Shown here piece by piece: positions 6,884 to 16,235 of a stretch of 64,000 nucleotides of DNA. The notes beneath the pieces are model-generated. The model saw nothing but the letters and a program-made list of their open reading frames with translations, did no database searches and had not been told where the DNA came from. This DNA comes from an uncultured Christensenella sp. (GTDB lineage: Bacteria; Bacillota; Clostridia; Christensenellales; UBA1242), in contig CASGDZ010000001.1 in NCBI GenBank assembly GCA_949300385.1, positions 157,461 to 221,460 on the forward strand, in the 5' to 3' direction. The position numbers were made by a program, and so were the translations under genes. How positions within the stretch are numbered: the first letter of the stretch is position 1; each line of letters begins with the position of its first letter.

Positions 6884-8045
6884 ATTTTTGATAAATTATT
6901 TTAATAACTCTAACAATATTTTCATCATAATTTGATGTTAATGATAAAACTATTTCTCCATAATTATTAAATTGAATACTAATTAATGGATATGAACAAA
7001 AAACTTGCGCATTGTTAGAGAGTATTTCACAATTAATTTCTTGTGAAATGGAGACTGTCTTATCCTCGACCGATCTTATTGTGTAGAATAATGAAAGATT
7101 TGAATTGTTAGTATATATTACATCTTCTGTAATTATTTCTTCATTGTTTGGATCTTTTGATAGAATGATTTGATTAACACTTACAGGTGTATCCCAAACA
7201 TTATCATCTTTATTTGGTTCATTTTCTTCATTATCATCTGAATTGTCAGGAACTGGATTTTGCTCCGCACTATCATCTGGATTTGTACTTTCATTCCCAC
7301 TATCCTCGCTTATATCTGGATCGGTTGGTTCAATTGGTATCGTTTCACATTCTTCATTATCTGAATTCTCTTCATCCTCATCTGGAATTACTTCGTCATC
7401 ATTAGTATTTGTTGTTTCATCTTCATTTGGGCGACTCTCTTGTTCGTCGTTGTTCGTAGTGTTATTATCCACTATTGGTATATCCGAATCTGAAGAAGAA
7501 TCAGAATCTGTTGATTCTTCAATATTCTCATCATTATCGCTCGGTTCATTAGGAGTAGATATCTCTTCATCATCTGTTGTCGGCGGTGTAACAATATCTT
7601 CATTATTGTTCGAATCAGTATTTGAATTATTGTCATCGACTAAACTATCTGAATTATTTTCATCATTAGAATTATCTGAATTGTCACTAACATTTTCATT
7701 GGATGAAGATTGAGAAGAATCAGAATCATCTTCACCTTGATTTACATTCTCCTCATTTTCATTTGAACTTGATTCATCATCATTTTCACTTTCACTTGTT
7801 TGACTATCTTCACTATCTAGTACACTATCATGAACACTTCCTTCGTTATCTTCTTCACTATCTGAATCGATGTTCGTTGATTCATTGTCGTCATTTGGTT
7901 TCGTTTGTTCGCTTGTCTGAGTATTTTCTACCGCTGATGTAACTGGATCTGAAAATTTATTCGGAGCATAAAAAATTAAGAATAATGCTAAAAAAGTGAT
8001 TATTGCTATACAATATATAGAAAAAAGAATTGACTTTTTCTTCAC
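6882..8045 (-). CDS. Membrane-anchored, extremely acidic low-complexity protein (D/E/N/S-rich) with a C-terminal globular domain
   Basis: 387 aa. N-terminal KKKSILFSIYCIAIITFLALFLIF anchor, about 250 aa of D/E/N/S/T repeats, and a final ~100 aa of non-repetitive beta-like sequence. GTG start, no SD. Confidence 0.6.
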   Translation of the reverse strand: MKKKSILFSIYCIAIITFLALFLIFYAPNKFSDPVTSAVENTQTSEQTKPNDDNESTNIDSDSEEDNEGSVHDSVLDSEDSQTSESENDDESSSNENEENVNQGEDDSDSSQSSSNENVSDNSDNSNDENNSDSLVDDNNSNTDSNNNEDIVTPPTTDDEEISTPNEPSDNDENIEESTDSDSSSDSDIPIVDNNTTNNDEQESRPNEDETTNTNDDEVIPDEDEENSDNEECETIPIEPTDPDISEDSGNESTNPDDSAEQNPVPDNSDDNEENEPNKDDNVWDTPVSVNQIILSKDPNNEEIITEDVIYTNNSNLSLFYTIRSVEDKTVSISQEINCEILSNNAQVFCSYPLISIQFNNYGEIVLSLTSNYDENIVRVIKIIYQK

Positions 8046-8051
8046 ACATTA

Positions 8052-8080
8052 ATCATACAAATTTTTCCATTTTTTGGCAA
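8052..8080 (-). promoter_or_regulatory. Candidate promoter abutting the GTG start of the acidic protein gene
   Basis: Minus strand: TTGCCA (8075-8080), 17 nt, TATGAT (8052-8057), 6 nt, GTG. Confidence 0.35.
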
Positions 8081-8117
8081 TTATTTTGTCGATTATTGTC
8101 GAAAAAATAGTGCAATT

Positions 8118-9125
8118 CTATATATTTTCTTGTTTTTTATGTGTTAACAAATTTATTTTATGAGTAGATTTGTTAAGGTATATTATTTCGCCTTTTATCC
8201 TATTATTTAATTTATATAGATAATGCGTCATAACATTTGCTCGGTCGCTATTTAATTTTGTAGACGCAAAAGCAGTTAATCCATTATCCAATTTTATAAC
8301 TGCTCCCGCTGGTAAAATTTTTACTATCGTTCCTTCTACAATATCTCCAATTTTTAACTCATCATACTTTTCGTCTAAGGGATTGGCTTTTAGTTGTTTT
8401 AGTCCTACTGATACACGCGAATAATCTGCATTACAATCTATAATTTTGAAGTCGTATTGCTCATCTAATTTAATTAAATTTTTTAAAGAATCTATATGCT
8501 CATAACTTGCATCAGTGATAGACAATTTCGCTTTTGCTCCATTTTCAAGTATTACAATGGCAAACTTGTCTTCCAATTTTACAACTGTACCACGAAGGAC
8601 ATCTCCAATAGAAACAGGTTCTACATTTGAATTATTCAATAATTTAGTACTACATACTATAGATTTTTTTATATTGTTTAATTCAATAACAATAGCGCTA
8701 ATTTCTCTATTTATTAGATTATCCTTATTCACGAAATCAAGATTGGTGCATTGTGAAAAAGGCAAAAATACTCTATAACCCATATAATCACCGAGCAAAC
8801 CAAAGTTGTTGATACCGCTAACAACAAATGACAATTCGCTACCAACTTTTAGCGCCTTTAATTTCTCTTTTTCTTCTAAAAATTTATTGACTCCAGCATG
8901 CGTTAAAACTAAACAACCTTTATCGTCTATTTCACCTGTAACTAATACTAAAATAGCATCACCTATTTTAAAAGCTGAATCTAATTCCTCTCGCGGGAAC
9001 ACTCCTTCTTTTAATCCGCCAAGAGCTACGACAACCTCTTTTTCTCCTATCATGACAATAGTACCTGTGATAATATCTCCACGATTGTATTGTGTAAGTC
9101 GAATATCAAAATCTTTCATTTTCAT
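8118..9125 (-). CDS. S1 RNA-binding domain protein (four S1 repeats; ribosomal protein S1 / YpfD-like)
   Basis: 335 aa. Repeated G[DE]I..G.V blocks (GDIITGTIV, GSELSFVV, GDVLRGTVV, GDIVEGTIV). ATGA overlap with plsC. Confidence 0.8.
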   Translation of the reverse strand: MKMKDFDIRLTQYNRGDIITGTIVMIGEKEVVVALGGLKEGVFPREELDSAFKIGDAILVLVTGEIDDKGCLVLTHAGVNKFLEEKEKLKALKVGSELSFVVSGINNFGLLGDYMGYRVFLPFSQCTNLDFVNKDNLINREISAIVIELNNIKKSIVCSTKLLNNSNVEPVSIGDVLRGTVVKLEDKFAIVILENGAKAKLSITDASYEHIDSLKNLIKLDEQYDFKIIDCNADYSRVSVGLKQLKANPLDEKYDELKIGDIVEGTIVKILPAGAVIKLDNGLTAFASTKLNSDRANVMTHYLYKLNNRIKGEIIYLNKSTHKINLLTHKKQENI

Positions 9126-9769
9126 TGCTTGTCTCCTATTGCTAAATTTTTTGTATGCGACAACTTGGCGGTATCATTGTTTAACAAAAGTCCGTTCATA
9201 TTATCTATAAGTAAATTCGAAAATTCTTGCAAATATTCTTTATCTTTTTTTCTAGTTATGTCTGGATATATGGGTTTTCCAATATATAATTTTGTTTTAT
9301 GAAAAGCCTTTAACTTCCTATCATACATCATAGGCAAAACCGGTGTACCCGTCCTAATTGCAAACATTGCTACACCTTCTTTCGCTGTTTCTCCCTCAAT
9401 AACAGGTTTTTTTGTACGAGTTCCTTGAGGGAATATACATATGCGCTTTTTCTTACTTATGAGCGTAAAAATCTCTTTGACTGCACGCGTATCCGCTGTT
9501 GTCCTATCTACTGGAACAGCACCTAATTTCTTCATAAGCCATGATTTAAACTTAGTATTAAATAACTCTTTTTTTGCTAGGAATCTATGCTTTGTAGCAA
9601 GTTTAATGTCCAGCATTACACCATCATTATTTGACATATGATTGCATGCAACTATATAATTTTCTTTCTTCTTTTTTAATTCTTTAATATATTTTTTACC
9701 GACTATTTTTATAGGGAAAATGATTGATAATGGGATATAAAGAATAATAAATGCAATAAAAAACACCAT
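9122..9769 (-). CDS. plsC: 1-acyl-sn-glycerol-3-phosphate acyltransferase
   Basis: 215 aa. N-terminal TM helix, the HX4D motif NHMSNNDG, and a FPQGTR block. Confidence 0.85.
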   Translation of the reverse strand: MVFFIAFIILYIPLSIIFPIKIVGKKYIKELKKKKENYIVACNHMSNNDGVMLDIKLATKHRFLAKKELFNTKFKSWLMKKLGAVPVDRTTADTRAVKEIFTLISKKKRICIFPQGTRTKKPVIEGETAKEGVAMFAIRTGTPVLPMMYDRKLKAFHKTKLYIGKPIYPDITRKKDKEYLQEFSNLLIDNMNGLLLNNDTAKLSHTKNLAIGDKQ

Positions 9770-9772
9770 AAT

Positions 9773-11014
9773 TTAACCTCTTAAACTATTACCTGCAAGA
9801 TATCCAGTCGACCATGCGATTTGTAGATTATATCCGCCTGTTAGGGCATCTAAATCTAACACTTCGCCAACAAAATACAATCCTTTTACCAATTTGCTTT
9901 CGCAGGTTTTAGAATTAATTTGTTTTATGTCTACACCACCTGCTGTCACAATACTTACATTTATATTATCTAATAATTTCAAAATTAAGTCAAATCTTTT
10001 TAGTCCATTTATAAGATTTGACCTATCCTCTTTATTCATATCCGCTATTTTTTTATTTATCAATTTTTGATGTTTAATAAAATATTCTACCATACTATGT
10101 GGAAGAATAGTATAAAGATAATTTTTTAAATCTTTTTTTGAATAAGTAACAAATTCTCTATTAAACTTTTCTTTTAAGGTCTTTTCATCTAATGCAGGTT
10201 TAAAGTCAATATATGCATGTGCATTGTCGATATTATATCTATTAATTTTACTTGACAATGTTAATGCAATAGGCCCTGTCAATGAATTAAAGGTAAACAT
10301 CATTTCACCTTGCTCAGACGCTACTATTTTTTTATCAACTTCTATTGATAACGAAACATTTTTTAAACTTAATCCATTCAGTTCTTTTATATCGTCTTTA
10401 ACGATTATTGGACATAAAGCACTTGTTGGCTCTATAATATTATGTCCAAAACTTTTTGCTAATTTTATTCCAAAATCACTAGCGCCTGTACCTTTATATG
10501 ACAAACCACCTGTTGCCACTATTAATCTATATGAAGTGTATGTTGTATTATTATTACACTTTATATAGAAAAGTTCTCCCGATTTTTTCACATTAATTAT
10601 ATCCGCATTTAACTCAACTTCTACCTTATAATTATTCATTAATTTAGTAAGAGTCTTTATAACATCACTAGATTTTTCACTTTTCGGATAAACCCTATTT
10701 CCTCTTTCTGTTATCAACTCTAACCCCGCGTCCAAAAAAAATTGCATAGTATTTTGAGGAGAAAAAGCGTTTAGTGCGCTATACAAAAATTTTGAATTTG
10801 TTATAATGTTATTTAAATGATTTTCAATAGAACTATTATTAGTTAGATTGCATCTACCCTTTCCTGTAATATATAATTTTTTACCTAATTTTTCGTTATG
10901 TTCAAGTAATAATGTTTTTGCTCCATTTTTACTTGCAATTATTGAGGCCATCATTCCGCTTGCCCCACCACCTATAATAATCACATCATAAATCATATAA
11001 CAATATGATAACAT
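9773..11014 (-). CDS. HI0933/YhiN/YtfP-family FAD-dependent oxidoreductase
   Basis: 413 aa. Dinucleotide motif YDVIIIGGGASGMMAS and C-terminal GEVLDLDALTGGYNLQ. The true start may be the MIYDV ATG at 10996. Confidence 0.8.
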   Translation of the reverse strand: MLSYCYMIYDVIIIGGGASGMMASIIASKNGAKTLLLEHNEKLGKKLYITGKGRCNLTNNSSIENHLNNIITNSKFLYSALNAFSPQNTMQFFLDAGLELITERGNRVYPKSEKSSDVIKTLTKLMNNYKVEVELNADIINVKKSGELFYIKCNNNTTYTSYRLIVATGGLSYKGTGASDFGIKLAKSFGHNIIEPTSALCPIIVKDDIKELNGLSLKNVSLSIEVDKKIVASEQGEMMFTFNSLTGPIALTLSSKINRYNIDNAHAYIDFKPALDEKTLKEKFNREFVTYSKKDLKNYLYTILPHSMVEYFIKHQKLINKKIADMNKEDRSNLINGLKRFDLILKLLDNINVSIVTAGGVDIKQINSKTCESKLVKGLYFVGEVLDLDALTGGYNLQIAWSTGYLAGNSLRG

Positions 11015-11044
11015 AAAAAATAATTTTTGTCTAATTAATAATTA

Positions 11045-11068
11045 AAATTATAATATGAAAAAATAGGC
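11045..11068 (-). terminator. Intrinsic terminator after rluB
   Basis: Minus strand: ATAGGC-GTTT-GCCTAT followed by TTTTTT. Confidence 0.6.
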
Positions 11069-11074
11069 AAACGC

Positions 11075-11785
11075 CTATCTCTTTAAACTTTTTAAATATT
11101 TTATTTCTTTGCTATTTAAAGTTGAATATTCTCCTCTAGATAGTCCGCCCAAATGGATTTGTCCAATGTCTGTACGCTTTAAGAATGTAACAGTCTTACC
11201 TATTGAATTAAACATTCTTCTAATTTGTCTATTTTTACCTTCTTTAATAGTTACTAATAATCTAGTAGAATTTTCTTGAATATCTAGAATTTGAACACTA
11301 CATGGCTTTGTTATATAGTCACCTATATCTACTCCCGCTGATAATTTCTTGATTTCATCTGAGGTTATATTCCCTTCGATATTTACAATATATTTCTTTT
11401 CAATTTCGCTGTTAGGCTTTGTCAAAATATTAGCTACATCGCCATCGTTTGTCAATAAAATAAGTCCTTCTGTATCATAGTCTAATCTTCCAACGGGGAA
11501 GACTCTCGTATGCACACCACGCATTAATGACATAATAGTTTTTCTACCCTTATCATCACTGACAGTTGAGACATATCCTTTAGGCTTGTGAAGTTTAAAA
11601 TATACATAATTAGTGTTAGGTTTTATCACTTTTCCATTAACACTAACAATATCTGTATCTTTTATATCTGTAGATAATTCTCGTACTATTTTGCCATTAA
11701 CTTTTACTTTTCCATCAACGACGAATTCTTCCGCCTTCCTTCTTCCTGCAAGTCCGGCACTAGCTAAATATTTATTAATTCTCAT
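11075..11785 (-). CDS. rluB: RsuA/RluB-family pseudouridine synthase with an S4 domain
   Basis: MRINKYLASAGLAGRRKAEE S4 N-terminus and catalytic GRLDYDTEGLILLTNDG. TAATG overlap with dacB. The track start at 11800 is a TTG further upstream. Confidence 0.85.
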   Translation of the reverse strand: MRINKYLASAGLAGRRKAEEFVVDGKVKVNGKIVRELSTDIKDTDIVSVNGKVIKPNTNYVYFKLHKPKGYVSTVSDDKGRKTIMSLMRGVHTRVFPVGRLDYDTEGLILLTNDGDVANILTKPNSEIEKKYIVNIEGNITSDEIKKLSAGVDIGDYITKPCSVQILDIQENSTRLLVTIKEGKNRQIRRMFNSIGKTVTFLKRTDIGQIHLGGLSRGEYSTLNSKEIKYLKSLKR

Positions 11786-12930
11786 TATTTTTCTTCCCAA
11801 AGTAATTCATTAATTGTTAGAGTTTTGCTATCAATTAATTTATCTATCTTATTCATTGTATACAATTTAATTGTTTTTAGCAAGCGATTATCTAACATTA
11901 TATTTATTTCCCCTACTTCATCACCAGATTTAGCATCATCTAAATTCACTGAATATTGAATTTTTAACTTTTCTTGCTCTGAATCTAATAGTGGATAATA
12001 GAAATCTTCTCCTGCGTAAAGATTGAGTTTACCTTCTACTTCATCTATAATATATTCATTATAAATTTCTTTATCTTTATCTATAATTTTTTTGTATTCA
12101 TAATCTACAAAACTTGAATCTAGCATTTTAGTGCTTTCTTCAAACATAGGTCCGCAATTTAATACAACTGCGACACTTGTGCGATTATCTCTTTCACATG
12201 CACTTACTAAGCATCTACCTGCCTTGCTTGTATATCCTGTCTTTACTCCGCAACAGCCTTCTAGCGTGGATAAAAGTTTATTTTTATTAGTTAAATATCT
12301 TTTTTCACTCATGTTTGTCTCTTCTATTACATGTGATTTGGTAGAAACAATCTCTTTAAATATTGGGTTATTCAATGCATAACATGTTATAAGTGCCAAA
12401 TCATATGCTGTTGTATAATGATTAGGATCGTCTAATCCATGTGGATTTGAAAAATGCGAATTTTTTGCGCCAACTTCGTTTGCTAATTCGTTCATCATGT
12501 CAGCAAAACCGCTTATGCTTCCCCCGACATGAATTGCAAGCGCTGTTGCGCTATCATTTCCGCTCCTTAGCATTAATCCATATAGAAGATCCTTGACTTT
12601 AATTATTTCACCTTTTCTAAGATATATTGAAGTCCCTTCAACACCAATACTTTCATCAGCCACTTGGATCTCTTCTTCTAAATCGTTGCAATTTTGCAAA
12701 ACTGTTATTAATGTTACAACCTTTGTAGTTGACGCCATAGGTAATTTAGTATCCATATTTTTGCTATATAATACTCGTTTACTTTCTTTATCTAATACAC
12801 ACATTCCCTTAGCACTTGAAGTTACACCATACGATGTCTCGACACTTTTATGAAATAATAATATCATTGCAAATATGTTAAATGCTAATATAGGCAATAA
12901 AGCAACGCATAAAAATTTTATTTTTCTCAT
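11785..12930 (-). CDS. dacB: D-alanyl-D-alanine carboxypeptidase (peptidase S11)
   Basis: 381 aa. Signal/anchor sequence, SxxK (MASTTK), SxN (RSGND) and KTG (VKTGYT). The scpAB...dacB-rluB synteny matches Bacillus. Confidence 0.85.
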   Translation of the reverse strand: MRKIKFLCVALLPILAFNIFAMILLFHKSVETSYGVTSSAKGMCVLDKESKRVLYSKNMDTKLPMASTTKVVTLITVLQNCNDLEEEIQVADESIGVEGTSIYLRKGEIIKVKDLLYGLMLRSGNDSATALAIHVGGSISGFADMMNELANEVGAKNSHFSNPHGLDDPNHYTTAYDLALITCYALNNPIFKEIVSTKSHVIEETNMSEKRYLTNKNKLLSTLEGCCGVKTGYTSKAGRCLVSACERDNRTSVAVVLNCGPMFEESTKMLDSSFVDYEYKKIIDKDKEIYNEYIIDEVEGKLNLYAGEDFYYPLLDSEQEKLKIQYSVNLDDAKSGDEVGEINIMLDNRLLKTIKLYTMNKIDKLIDSKTLTINELLWEEK

Positions 12931-13322
12931 TTCAACTTCTCCGCAAATTTTTTCAATACATCGGTTGCGTTTTTTATTAGCCCTAAATATGCAGTTGACT
13001 TGTCAGCATGAACAATTTTAAATTTGTCCTTATTTACTACAAAAAATCCAATAGGTGAAACAGTGAATCCGCCACCTGTTCCACCTGCCATAGGGAAGTC
13101 TGCTGAATTTCGTTTTGCATTTAAATCGTTATATTCTCCTCCGCCTGCGACAAATCCTATACTTACCTTTGATATAGGTATAATCACGCTATTATCAGGC
13201 ATACTTATTGCACTGCCTATAACGCAATTAACATCTATCATAGATCTAATCTTATCTAATGATATATCGATAAGCGATTCAATTTTGTTATCCTTCAACT
13301 CTACTCTTTCTACTTTTTTCAT
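12927..13322 (-). CDS. ytfJ: Sporulation protein YtfJ (GerW family)
   Basis: 131 aa. GFVAGGGEY...PMAGGTGGGFTVSPIGFFVV signature. Confidence 0.8.
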   Translation of the reverse strand: MKKVERVELKDNKIESLIDISLDKIRSMIDVNCVIGSAISMPDNSVIIPISKVSIGFVAGGGEYNDLNAKRNSADFPMAGGTGGGFTVSPIGFFVVNKDKFKIVHADKSTAYLGLIKNATDVLKKFAEKLK

Positions 13323-13869
13323 ACTCTCTCCATGAATAAATTAATGTGTAAAACAAGGCATAAACAATATCAATAACTGACATTCGAATAATGTTTACTA
13401 ATCTGATATTTAACACATCCTGATTATATTTTGGTTCAACTGAAACGAAAATATGTGAAGATTTCTTATTATTCTTGATTTTAGATAAAATACATTTTGA
13501 TATGACATCTATATACCCGCACCCTACAGCAGTTATTCTAGAATCAAGTACAAATCCAAAATTTGAGCGCATATTTAACTCTATCATCTGCTCTCTAAAA
13601 TATATCTGCTTTACAAGCTTCGTTACAAAAACTACATTAAAATTGCTTGTTGTTATCTTCTCTTTCCTCAATTTATTTTTATGATTAATATAAACATAAC
13701 CATTTTTTATCCTAATACGGAATTCTATCTTAAATTTATTAAATAATGTTATGATAATAATTCCTTTTAATCTAAGGATATTAAATCTTATATCCAATTT
13801 TATTAAAAAAGGATATGCGCACATTAAAATAATGAAAATTAAAACACATAAAAAAATTAGACGCCACAT
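13288..13869 (-). CDS. YtfI-like (DUF2953-type) membrane protein
   Basis: 193 aa. N-terminal TM helix. Immediately upstream of and overlapping ytfJ, as in the Bacillus ytfI-ytfJ pair. Confidence 0.45.
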   Translation of the reverse strand: MWRLIFLCVLIFIILMCAYPFLIKLDIRFNILRLKGIIIITLFNKFKIEFRIRIKNGYVYINHKNKLRKEKITTSNFNVVFVTKLVKQIYFREQMIELNMRSNFGFVLDSRITAVGCGYIDVISKCILSKIKNNKKSSHIFVSVEPKYNQDVLNIRLVNIIRMSVIDIVYALFYTLIYSWREYEKSRKSRVEG

Positions 13870-13947
13870 AAATGTAGTATCTAATTAATATTAAAATTTA
13901 TTCATTTTAAAACCTATTATATTCGTAAATAATCACAATATTGCATT

Positions 13948-14658
13948 TTATCTATTTTCAAAATTATTTTGTTCGTCTTTTGAGTCATTTGAATCAGGAT
14001 TTTGGCTGTTGACAATATTTTCATCGTCACTAGTTTCCATATTTTCTACACTACTATTTTCCGTCTTCTTCTCATCCTCATCTTCATCAGGTATAGTGAA
14101 TTCGCGGTATAATGAGTCGCCATCGCTATGTATAACTCTTATTCTATCTAACAATGCATTATAATCAGGAAGTTCGTTGATTGAAGTCAATTCAAATCGT
14201 TTTAAAAAGTTATCTGTTGTTCCAAAAAGTACAGGTTTTCCTACGCTATCTTTTCTTCCAACTACCTCTATTAGATTATTTGTTTGCAAAAGTTGTATAG
14301 CGTAATCGCTGTTAACACCCCTTATATTCTCTATTTCAAGACGCGTTATAGGTTGTTTATATGCAATGATAGCAGCTGTTTCCATAGCGGCCTTAGTAAG
14401 ACTTCGCTCTCTTATAGGATTTAATATTTCCGCAACATTATCTGCAAGTTTTGGATTAGAGCATAATTGAACCTTAGATTTATATTGTATGATATTAATT
14501 CCGCTGTTTTCGTTATATTTTTCTTTCAAAATATCTAAACATTTATTAAATTCTCTGTCGTTCATATCATATTTTGTTTTAAATTCTTCAATCTCAACAC
14601 CTTCGCCTGACACAAACAATACGGCTTCAATAATTTGCGCTATTTCATTAATTTTCAT
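13948..14658 (-). CDS. scpB: Segregation and condensation protein B, with an acidic C-terminal tail
   Basis: 236 aa. [13 protein letters not shown] N-terminus and a [29 protein letters not shown]-type wHTH. Confidence 0.9.
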   Translation of the reverse strand: [236 protein letters not shown]

Positions 14659-15406
14659 TTGTTTCCTCCTTGCGTCTTATAAGTATATCAGCATATCGCT
14701 CAGCCTGTACAACTTCAATTTTTTGGAATTTTAAAAGTTCAAGTATTGCCATAAAGACGGTTATAACTTCAAGTTTTGAATATGTTTCATCAAATAGGCT
14801 AAAAAAGTTAATTTCTTTATTGTCCTTTAAAATATTTGTTAAAAAGGCTATTTTATCAGCCACCGTCCATCTATCTTTACTAATCTTCTTCTCTTGTGGG
14901 TTGTCTCTATCCTTCGTACGCATTAATATAAACGCAAATGCATCTAGAAGTTTGTCTAAGTTAAACTGATTAAACACAACTCGCACATCACCAACTGACT
15001 TATCTGGTTGTTTGTAAAATCTATTTACATTTTCATGTTTTTGCAAATTTGCTGATGCTTCTTTGAATAATTGATATTCTTCCAGTTGCATTTTTAATTT
15101 AGTTTCAGGGTCTAGTTCGTTCGTATCTTCTTCGACTTGTTCGACAGGAAGTAACGAACGCGATTTTATTTCTAACAATACACTAACCATATTTAAAAAT
15201 TCGGTTGCTTCGTCCATATCTAATTCGTTAATATTCTCCATATAGCGCATGTATTGGTCAGTTATAGACGCTATTTTTACCGTCTGAATTGTCATGTTTT
15301 TTTCTTTTATTAGGTGCAATAAAAGATCAAGAGGACCTTCAAACCCCTCTAATTTAAATGTTAAATGCGATGATAACTCGTCGTTTAAATCTTCAATTTC
15401 TTCCAC
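14648..15406 (-). CDS. scpA: Segregation and condensation protein A
   Basis: 252 aa. FEGPLDLLLHLI motif. GTG start. Overlaps scpB. Confidence 0.9.
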   Translation of the reverse strand: MEEIEDLNDELSSHLTFKLEGFEGPLDLLLHLIKEKNMTIQTVKIASITDQYMRYMENINELDMDEATEFLNMVSVLLEIKSRSLLPVEQVEEDTNELDPETKLKMQLEEYQLFKEASANLQKHENVNRFYKQPDKSVGDVRVVFNQFNLDKLLDAFAFILMRTKDRDNPQEKKISKDRWTVADKIAFLTNILKDNKEINFFSLFDETYSKLEVITVFMAILELLKFQKIEVVQAERYADILIRRKEETNEN

Positions 15407-15407
15407 T

Positions 15408-16142
15408 TTAAACCCCTATTGTAGTTAATGGCAAATATATGTAATTGTATATTAATGAAAGATACCAACTTAATATGCTGATATTTAAAAATGCTTGAAT
15501 TATAAGCGATATAGCAAGCATACACAATATAATTAGATTGCTATTTTTAATGCTAAAATGTATAAATTTGTTGTCGGCACGCATAAATGAGGTTATAAAC
15601 TTAAAGCCATCTAGCGGATAAATAGGCAAAATATTAAATAATACTAAGCAACTATTTACTATCATAAAATACTTTAAAATTATAAACACATATTCCATCA
15701 TTAGATTGCTTGCGCCAACTGTGTTATACAAAATTAGGTATAATATAGAAGATAATAATCCTAATATAAAATTTGCTATTACGCCAGCTGATGAAACCCA
15801 TCTGATACCTTGTCTATACTTTTTAAAATTAAGTGGATTAACCGGTGTTGGTTTTGCCCAACCTATACCAAACAATAAAAAGAAAATTACTCCTAAAAAA
15901 GACAAGTGTTTAAATGGATTTAGTGTCAATCTCCCCGCTAATTTTGCTGTTTTATCACCCAATTTATATGCAGTCAAAGCATGTGCAAATTCATGCGCAG
16001 TGAGAGAAATGAAAAAAACAAATATCGTAATCAAAAATGTGATTACTGCCTGCTCTGCTGTATAGTAATTTTCGGATAATATATAGTATAACACTGGAAT
16101 AAGTATATCAAAATTTTTGTTATTTATCAAGTGTTTATTCAT
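15408..16142 (-). CDS. Site-2 protease family (peptidase M50) membrane metalloprotease
   Basis: 244 aa. HEFAHALTA zinc motif in a TM helix and a PIYPLDG second motif. Confidence 0.8.
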   Translation of the reverse strand: MNKHLINNKNFDILIPVLYYILSENYYTAEQAVITFLITIFVFFISLTAHEFAHALTAYKLGDKTAKLAGRLTLNPFKHLSFLGVIFFLLFGIGWAKPTPVNPLNFKKYRQGIRWVSSAGVIANFILGLLSSILYLILYNTVGASNLMMEYVFIILKYFMIVNSCLVLFNILPIYPLDGFKFITSFMRADNKFIHFSIKNSNLIILCMLAISLIIQAFLNISILSWYLSLIYNYIYLPLTTIGV

Positions 16143-16206
16143 ACCATATAATGGGTATTATAAAAATGGCAATACCAAATTGTTGTATAAATACTATTTT
16201 TACAAA

Positions 16207-16235
16207 TAAAAAGCTAATGTATAAAACATTAGCTA
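16207..16235 (-). terminator. Intrinsic terminator overlapping the recJ stop
   Basis: Minus strand: AGCTAATGT-TTTAT-ACATTAGCT followed by TTTTT. Confidence 0.65.

Noticed and set aside
7187-7942. Three long plus-strand ORFs (7187-7405, 7243-7713, 7703-7942) antisense to the acidic-protein gene
   Set aside because: They are mirror images of GAT/GAA/AAT/TCA-rich repeats (Ser/Leu/His-rich translations). They have no SD or promoter and lie entirely inside a better-supported minus-strand gene. They are a low-complexity artefact.
13870-13947. Sporulation-sigma (E/F/G/K) promoter upstream of ytfI-ytfJ
   Set aside because: No convincing match to the CATACA-T, CATA---TA or GHATR...CATNNTA consensus sequences at correct spacing, so none is called.
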